NCBI GenBank assembly: GCA_965207975.1
Contig: OZ242315.1
Location: forward strand, 5,975,197-6,039,196
Reading direction: 5' to 3'
DNA length: 64,000 nt
Source of the DNA: Candidatus Poribacteria bacterium
Lineage (GTDB): Bacteria > Poribacteria > WGA-4E > PCPOR2b
The notes beneath the pieces are model-generated. The model was not told where the DNA came from. It saw nothing but the letters and a program-made list of their open reading frames with translations, and did not search any database. A program made the translations under genes and the position numbers. How positions within the stretch are numbered: the stretch's first letter is position 1; each line of letters starts with the position of its first letter. Positions 58,340-64,000 of this stretch are shown here, one piece after another.

Positions 58340-59665
58340 TTAAATAAGCCAAATATACCGAGCCACGAAAAGCACTGCGAATAGGTAAATCAGCCAGTGC
58401 ACCTGTTTTCCTTGACGGGTGACCAGTTTTAGTAGGGCGTAGGAGATGAAGCCAAACGCGATCCCTTCCGTGATACTGATCGTGAGGGGCATCAGCAGCA
58501 GGGTCAGAAATGCTGGGATGGACTCTGTCACGTCGTCCCAATTGATGGAGATGACGTTTTTAAGCATGAGGCTTCCGATGATAATCAGTGCCGGGGCAAC
58601 TATGGGATATAGGAACGTATTTTCACTGATCGGGTATCCGGCACCTACCATCTTGATTAGTGGATTGAAGAATAAAGCGAGTAGCATCAGAACTGCTGTC
58701 ACGATGCTGGTTAAGCCGGTGCGTCCTCCTGCGGAGATTCCGGACGCGCTCTCAATGTAGCTGGTAACTGTTGATGTGCCGAGCAGTGCACCTGCACTTG
58801 TAGCGACCGCATCGGACAGCAGTGCCTGTCTTGCTTTCGGCAGTTTTCCATCGACCATAAAGCCACCTTGTTCGCCGACACCGACCAACGTTCCAACGGT
58901 ATCGAACAGATCGAGGAAGATGAAGATAAAAATTACCGAAATCATCTTCGGGTCTACGAGAATGTTTGGTATTTGGAGTTGGAGAAAAGTTGGAGCAATA
59001 GACGGCGGGGCGGAAACAACCCCTTGAAATTTGACCATGCCGGTGATGAGCCCAACAATGGTAGAAGCAAGAATGCCGATTAGGATTGCGCCGCGTACTT
59101 TTAGGGCGAACAGGACAGCAATCACGATCACGCCGAACAGCGAGAGGAGTGCCGGGGGTGATTTTAGATCGCCGAGGGTGACGTAGGTCGCCGGGTGGTC
59201 AACGATAAGTCCTGCCCATTCCAAGCCTACTAGTGCGATGAGCAACCCAATTCCGGCAGGGATGGCGTTCCTCAATGAAACGGGCAGAATGGTCATCACC
59301 TTTTCGCGCAGCCCTACAAAGAAGAGTAGGACAAACAGTACCCCTGCAATGAAGACAGCACCGAGCGCGTTTTGCCACGATACACCGAGGGTGAGACAGA
59401 CTGTGAAGGTGAAGTAGAAGTTATGTCCCATTCCCGGCGCAAGGGCGATTGGATAGTTGGCGAGCAGTGCCATCAGCACCATTGCCAATGCACTTGTGAT
59501 GCAGGTTGCTGCCATCACTGCACCGGAATCCATCCCCGCCGCCGATAGCACCGCCGGTTGGACGAAGATAATATACGAAAGCGTCATGAACGTTGTGCAG
59601 CCTGCAACAATTTCACGTTTAACAGTTGTCCCTGATTCTTGTAAATGGAACAATTTTTCGAGCAT
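58340..59665 (-). CDS. NCS2-family purine permease (AzgA/PbuG-like adenine/guanine/hypoxanthine transporter)
   Basis: MLEKLFHLQESGTTVKREIVAGCTTFMTLSYIIFVQPAVLS is the characteristic AzgA N-terminus; about 12 TM helices. Confidence 0.8.
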   Translation of the reverse strand: MLEKLFHLQESGTTVKREIVAGCTTFMTLSYIIFVQPAVLSAAGMDSGAVMAATCITSALAMVLMALLANYPIALAPGMGHNFYFTFTVCLTLGVSWQNALGAVFIAGVLFVLLFFVGLREKVMTILPVSLRNAIPAGIGLLIALVGLEWAGLIVDHPATYVTLGDLKSPPALLSLFGVIVIAVLFALKVRGAILIGILASTIVGLITGMVKFQGVVSAPPSIAPTFLQLQIPNILVDPKMISVIFIFIFLDLFDTVGTLVGVGEQGGFMVDGKLPKARQALLSDAVATSAGALLGTSTVTSYIESASGISAGGRTGLTSIVTAVLMLLALFFNPLIKMVGAGYPISENTFLYPIVAPALIIIGSLMLKNVISINWDDVTESIPAFLTLLLMPLTISITEGIAFGFISYALLKLVTRQGKQVHWLIYLFAVLFVARYIWLI

Positions 59666-59910
59666 TGATTACCTCCTTGACGATTATTCGAGAATCACTT
59701 TTCTAAATGTTAGCGATACCCTACGCTGCCTCTCATAGGTTTGACCCGCCCACGTATCGGATTTTCTGGGGGCGATACCGTGTAACCACTCATATCGAGC
59801 TTCATCTCTCAATACAATAATACTTCTTGGTGCAAGCCAGACAGGAATCTTTTTTGCTTTGTCAAATTTGTTTATGAAATCGATAACATAACCCAAACTC
59901 AAAGAAACAA

Positions 59911-60528
59911 TCATATTTGCAAAACAAGGTTCACAATCTCATCTATACTGGGTGAGTATTGCCCTTCTGTTGAGACATGAATTGTGGGCACGTTGAAATC
60001 CGGTGCCATATAGTTGCCAGGAGGCGACATTACACCCGTTTTCTTGTAGATGCTAACGCGCCTATCGCCGTGGAAAAACTCCCGGCTTGGATCATCCAGG
60101 CCTCGCTGGAGATGGCGTTTTGCCGCCACCGTTCCGTCAACGGAGCATACAACAATGAAAGGAACACCCAATTCAAGGATTTTGGGCATCCTTGGTTCCC
60201 AGACCTTGTGTTGAAAGGCCGCCTCTATGACGACAGAGATCTTACCGGCGAGGTACTGATTCACTATCTCGAAGAAGAAATTGGTGACCACACCATTGGT
60301 GTCCGGTGGAAGCTGATCGTGCTTGACACCATGGGTGTTGACATAGCCCTCCTTAATCTCGTCGCGACTGATGACCGGCATCCACAGTCGTTCAGCGAGT
60401 TTCTTGGATAGACTTGTCTTTCCTGACCCCGGACGGCCTGTGACGATAATACATTTGGGTTTACGGTTCATGTTTCTGGATACCCTTCTGAATCCCCTCC
60501 CAAGCTTGCCTATTAAAAAGTATATCAA
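59911..60528 (-). CDS. P-loop NTPase / small-molecule kinase-like protein (AAA_33 / zeta-toxin-like fold), 4-nt overlap with pncB
   Basis: Walker A IIVTGRPGSGKTSL; ATGA overlap with the upstream NAPRTase gene. Confidence 0.55.
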   Translation of the reverse strand: MIYFLIGKLGRGFRRVSRNMNRKPKCIIVTGRPGSGKTSLSKKLAERLWMPVISRDEIKEGYVNTHGVKHDQLPPDTNGVVTNFFFEIVNQYLAGKISVVIEAAFQHKVWEPRMPKILELGVPFIVVCSVDGTVAAKRHLQRGLDDPSREFFHGDRRVSIYKKTGVMSPPGNYMAPDFNVPTIHVSTEGQYSPSIDEIVNLVLQI

Positions 60529-61946
60529 TGTTGCCTATTTTGTGTCAATTGTTCCAATAAAGCCTCCAATCCCGGACTCAAAACAACAGGATATTCTTCG
60601 GCATCCGTCAGCCTTTTATGAGATTCGGGCAACCGTGTTAATTCAGCCTTTGCTTTCACCTGCATCCTAGCCAAGTCAGGGAACGAGTAGACTAGCTCAC
60701 CCTTGTTAATTACCGGCACGAGCAGCGGCTCGCTGTTTTGGAGATCTTCATCCCAGAGACTAATCACATCCTTGACGTAATTTCCATTATCATCGTATAG
60801 GCGATGGAGCTGCTTTCTGCCGGGAAGGGTTGATTTGCCTGTTTCCTCGCTTAACTTCATGGTGACAGTAACCTTCTCGTCCTGGATTCTTTCGACATGC
60901 TTGTAGACACCGGGCAGTGCCGATGGACCGCCTTCGCCCGTCAGCGGGTTGAAATTTGCCCCCGTCGCCAAACGGGTGCCGACGCCAAAGCCGTCAATCG
61001 GTGCACCTGCAGCCAACAGTTTGTCAATCTGAAACTCGTCGAGGTCGTTACTAGCGAAGATTTGTACATCGTACAACCCTGCCTCATCGAAAATTTCTCT
61101 GACGGCTTTGCTCAGTGCTAGAAGATCACCACTATCAAGTCGAACCCCTCTCAGTTGCGCGCCGCTTGCCTGCATCTCTTTTCCAACAATACAGGCGTTT
61201 CTTGCTCCTTGAACCGTGTCGTAGGTGTCGATCAGGAGGAGGGTGTTGTGGGGAAAAGATTTGGCGTAGTCTCGAAACGCCTCGAGTTCGGACGGACGAT
61301 CCATGATGAACTTGTGCGCGGTTGTCCCGACGTAAGGAATGTTGAAGTATTGACCCGCAATGACGAGGGATGTGCCGGCAGCACCACCAATAAATGATGC
61401 TCGTGCAGCCAGAATGCCGGCATCTCGTCCATGTGCCCTACGTGCGCCGAAATCAAAACAGGTGTGCCCGCGTGCGGCATGAATAATCCGCGCGGTTTTC
61501 GTGGCGATTAACGTCTGGAAATTCATCACGTTGAGGAGATAGGTCTCGAAGATCTGGATGTCGATTGATCGACCTGTTACATTAATCAGCGGTTCGTTTG
61601 CGAAGACGGGGGTCCCTTCGGGCACCGCATAGACATCGCCATCGAATTTGAAATGACGCAGGTAATTGAGGAAATCATCGCTCATATCCGGCGTCGCCTT
61701 GCTTTCCTTCAGCCATTTGAGATCTGCATCGGTAAAGCGCAGGTTCAAGATGTAGTGGATAACCTGCTCCAACCCTGCCGCAATCATATACTGTCCCTGT
61801 GGGATGGAGCGGACGAAGTAGTTCTCAGTGCAGATTGCGTTATTCCCACTATCAAAATCCGCCTTGCCCATCGTCAGTTCGTAATAGTCAGCAAACAGTG
61901 CCATATTTGATTCAGTGAGGAGACCGGATTGGGGGGCTTTGGTCAT
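60525..61946 (-). CDS. pncB: Nicotinate phosphoribosyltransferase (long, roughly 470-aa type)
   Basis: N-terminal ...ALFADYYELTMGKADF... (the LxTDxYxLTM-type block) and the overall NAPRTase family layout. Confidence 0.8.
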   Translation of the reverse strand: MTKAPQSGLLTESNMALFADYYELTMGKADFDSGNNAICTENYFVRSIPQGQYMIAAGLEQVIHYILNLRFTDADLKWLKESKATPDMSDDFLNYLRHFKFDGDVYAVPEGTPVFANEPLINVTGRSIDIQIFETYLLNVMNFQTLIATKTARIIHAARGHTCFDFGARRAHGRDAGILAARASFIGGAAGTSLVIAGQYFNIPYVGTTAHKFIMDRPSELEAFRDYAKSFPHNTLLLIDTYDTVQGARNACIVGKEMQASGAQLRGVRLDSGDLLALSKAVREIFDEAGLYDVQIFASNDLDEFQIDKLLAAGAPIDGFGVGTRLATGANFNPLTGEGGPSALPGVYKHVERIQDEKVTVTMKLSEETGKSTLPGRKQLHRLYDDNGNYVKDVISLWDEDLQNSEPLLVPVINKGELVYSFPDLARMQVKAKAELTRLPESHKRLTDAEEYPVVLSPGLEALLEQLTQNRQH

Positions 61947-61966
61947 CGTTCAGTTCCCTTGGCTGT

Positions 61967-63406
61967 TCAATTGAACTGCTGCAGCTTCTGCTGTAGCCAA
62001 TGCGTCATTGGTCCCGGTGCCGGATCGCACACCTCAATCAGCCGTCCGGGTAGAGGTTGTCTCAGTAGCCCTTCCACTTCTGTTCGACATACTTTAACCA
62101 CAGCGGGGTGATTTTCTACCACATTGTGGACTTCTGCGGGATCATCTGCCAAGTCGAATAGTTCATCGCCGTCCGGATCATCATAACCGACAGCGGTGCA
62201 AAAGTTCCAGCGTTCATCTCGGACGCTGACACGAGCGCGTGCGTTGCCTGTTGCGAAATCTGCCCAACCGATAATGATCCGGTCACGAATAGATGATTTT
62301 TCACCGGTTACCAGTTGCCAGAAATTCACCCCATCTGTCCAATCGCATGGGATTCCAAGCTGATGTAGTAAGGTTGGCATCAGGTCGTGGTTTTGAACAA
62401 ACGCATCAACCTCCTGACTCTGCTGTTCCCCCGGATGGCGAATCAACAGGTTCAATTGGGTGTTGAATGGATGTAGTTGGTTGGGACCTTTTCCGAAGCT
62501 CCCTTGGTCACGAAGTTGAGTGCCGTGATCAGAAAGCAATACCACCAGTGTGTCATCGCGTAGTTTTAGGTCCTCTATTTTGGCGAGCAGTTGTCCAATA
62601 CATTTATCAACGAAGGTGACTTCACCGAGATAGAGTGTTTCGATTCGACGGAGTTCATCTTGTGTTGGATCGCCTGTTTCGGACGCTGCGCCCGGTGTAA
62701 TGAAATCTTTGCCCGAATAGTCGGGGAGGTATGCGTCTGCATAACCGGGGGGTGGATCCCACGGCTCATGTGGATCAAAGCTGTCTATCCATAAGAAGAA
62801 CGGACCGACCGTGTGATTGTCGTCGAGCCATTCACAGGCAGATCGGAACACGCGGGCGCAACTGTAATCATCTTCGGAACGGCGATGCCGTTGGTTGAGT
62901 AGGTAGTTGATGAGTCCTGCATGGTGCTGCCAGTTAATCGGTTCCCTGACATGCTGCCTCAGTTGATCTTCAATCAGACGTGGATCACCGCTTCGCCAGT
63001 TGTCCGATTCTTGACCTCTGATAAAATCCAAGTGAGCAAACCCGCGTGAGAAGTTCATTGTGGGTTTGAACATGTGATAGGTATCGGCAATCAGTGCCGT
63101 CAGATAGCCTCTTTCTAGTAGGACTTCGGCGATTGTATCTTGCTCTGGTGGGATTTTATGCCAGCCCGGTGCATGGTGCCAGTGCCCCCGGCGGTCAAAG
63201 TTGAATCGCCACGGAAAACTCCTCATGCCAGTGAATAGTCCACGCCGTATCTGAAGGGTGGGTTGACCTTCGCCAAATGCCCGTGTGAACCGAATACTTT
63301 CGGCTGCAAACGCATCTAGATTGGGCGTTTGTGTGTGGCTGTATTTTTTACCCGGTCCGATAATGTCAGCTCGGAATGTGTCTAAGCAAATGCAGATGAT
63401 GTTCAT
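61967..63406 (-). CDS. Sulfatase-like alkaline-phosphatase-superfamily hydrolase; the canonical C-x-P-x-R formylglycine motif was not recognised
   Basis: MNIICICLDTFRADIIG...TPNLDAFAAESIRFTRAF (sulfatase N-terminal pattern), but the expected CxPxR position reads GEGQPTLQIRRGLFTG. Confidence 0.55.
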   Translation of the reverse strand: MNIICICLDTFRADIIGPGKKYSHTQTPNLDAFAAESIRFTRAFGEGQPTLQIRRGLFTGMRSFPWRFNFDRRGHWHHAPGWHKIPPEQDTIAEVLLERGYLTALIADTYHMFKPTMNFSRGFAHLDFIRGQESDNWRSGDPRLIEDQLRQHVREPINWQHHAGLINYLLNQRHRRSEDDYSCARVFRSACEWLDDNHTVGPFFLWIDSFDPHEPWDPPPGYADAYLPDYSGKDFITPGAASETGDPTQDELRRIETLYLGEVTFVDKCIGQLLAKIEDLKLRDDTLVVLLSDHGTQLRDQGSFGKGPNQLHPFNTQLNLLIRHPGEQQSQEVDAFVQNHDLMPTLLHQLGIPCDWTDGVNFWQLVTGEKSSIRDRIIIGWADFATGNARARVSVRDERWNFCTAVGYDDPDGDELFDLADDPAEVHNVVENHPAVVKVCRTEVEGLLRQPLPGRLIEVCDPAPGPMTHWLQQKLQQFN

Positions 63407-63412
63407 TTTGTA

Positions 63413-64000
63413 CTATGTAGCCTCCTCCCATGCAACACGGACAAAGGGGACAGCTTTTTCAAATCCTGCTTCTCCTGTACGGCTCGCCTCCTCGATGCTC
63501 AACCAGCCATCGTATCCGTTTCGTTTTAAGATGGAGAAAATCTGTTTTATAGGGGATGCGCCTGTGCCAACAAGGACTGTCTCGAATTCACCCGGGGTAC
63601 GGATGTCAAACACATGAACAACCGCTATCCTGTCTATTACGGCTTCTAGCAACGCTATCGGATCTTCTCGGAGTACCAGAGAATTTGCGGTGTCGAAGCA
63701 GACCTTGAGGGAGGTATCCGCAAGACTGTTGAGAATTTCCAAGAAAATCTCGCTCGGTTGTGAGAAGTCCCAGTAGTGCCAAGGTGCGCCTTTGGTGTGG
63801 TTTTCGTAAACTAAGGTTACGCCCAATCTATCGGCTTCATCGACTACTTGGCGGAGTCCTTCAACCGCCCATCGAATACCCTGCGTCCGATCGGTGCCGG
63901 GGTGATTCTGTCCGGCGGTCACGCGGGCATATTTGGCACCGAGTGCTGCTGTCAGTTGCACGTCCGCTTTCATCTGTGCTATCTCTAGCGCACGTTGATC
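63413..64000 (-). CDS. Sugar phosphate isomerase/epimerase (xylose-isomerase-like TIM barrel), C-terminal part; the gene continues beyond the window
   Basis: ...LVYENHTKGAPWHYWDF...CFDTANSLV...; the ORF is open to the window edge. Confidence 0.6.
   Translation of the reverse strand, partial: DQRALEIAQMKADVQLTAALGAKYARVTAGQNHPGTDRTQGIRWAVEGLRQVVDEADRLGVTLVYENHTKGAPWHYWDFSQPSEIFLEILNSLADTSLKVCFDTANSLVLREDPIALLEAVIDRIAVVHVFDIRTPGEFETVLVGTGASPIKQIFSILKRNGYDGWLSIEEASRTGEAGFEKAVPFVRVAWEEAT

Noticed and set aside
1-64000. tRNA, tmRNA, RNase P and rRNA genes
   Set aside because: No T-loop/acceptor-stem patterns (GGTTCGAATCC-type), tmRNA tag frames or RNase P GGAAAGTCCGG blocks were seen in the intergenic regions. 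The ggtttcgatccc string inside repeat copy A lacks the rest of a cloverleaf.

Overview
The window is mostly protein-coding (about 50 genes) and looks like a contig from an uncultivated Gram-negative bacterium. Three secreted proteins carry dockerin-like repeats, and two of them also have a T9SS-type C-terminal sorting domain (NYPNPFNPETWIPY...). Other signals are a sigma-54 promoter plus an NtrC-type regulator, PD40/TolB and FG-GAP/ASPIC proteins, and many short repeated intergenic elements. Phylum assignment is speculative (Poribacteria-like or FCB-related candidate phylum).

Left third (1-15 kb): oxidoreductases, a NUDIX hydrolase, an Ldh_2-family dehydrogenase, and a tandem pair of large FG-GAP/ASPIC-UnbV proteins, one fused to TPR arrays. 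These are followed by a NadD-like adenylyltransferase, an MDR dehydrogenase, a polytopic membrane protein, and an orphan hydantoinase-B (HyuB) with a co-translated 70-aa zinc-ribbon protein.

Centre (15-30 kb), an accessory-looking region: two paralogous internalin-like LRR/dockerin surface proteins lie as roughly 1.8 kb direct repeats. The riboflavin operon is split, with ribE sitting between the two LRR genes and ribBA-ribH lying downstream. An IS630 copy with a -1 frameshift on an A9 run has inserted there. Three copies of a 105-170 bp element with a perfect internal hairpin are present, along with a duplicated strong sigma-70 promoter. Next comes an M-R-M gene triplet (two beta-class amino-methyltransferases flanking a candidate PD-(D/E)xK endonuclease), then a tnpB-only IS200/IS605 element just upstream of hisH.

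Right half: a GAF histidine kinase and a sigma-54 NtrC-type regulator are separated by a coiled-coil 75-bp tandem-repeat gene with a DUF3782-like PD-(D/E)xK C-terminus, broken by a 10-nt deletion. Two tandem EutN/CcmL/PduN-family microcompartment vertex genes are co-operonic with the regulator. Downstream are a rhomboid protease and a 1355-aa secreted thermolysin/fungalysin-like metalloprotease with PPC domains, dockerin and T9SS CTD. A PD40 protein and two TonB-dependent receptors sit behind a textbook sigma-54 promoter. The remainder comprises a 1383-aa all-propeller (Reg_prop) lipoprotein, an SLC12-like transporter, idi, a BNR protein, sugar-phosphate isomerases, an AzgA permease, and a sulfatase-like/pncB/P-loop kinase operon.

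No rRNA, tRNA or CRISPR array was recognised by eye.
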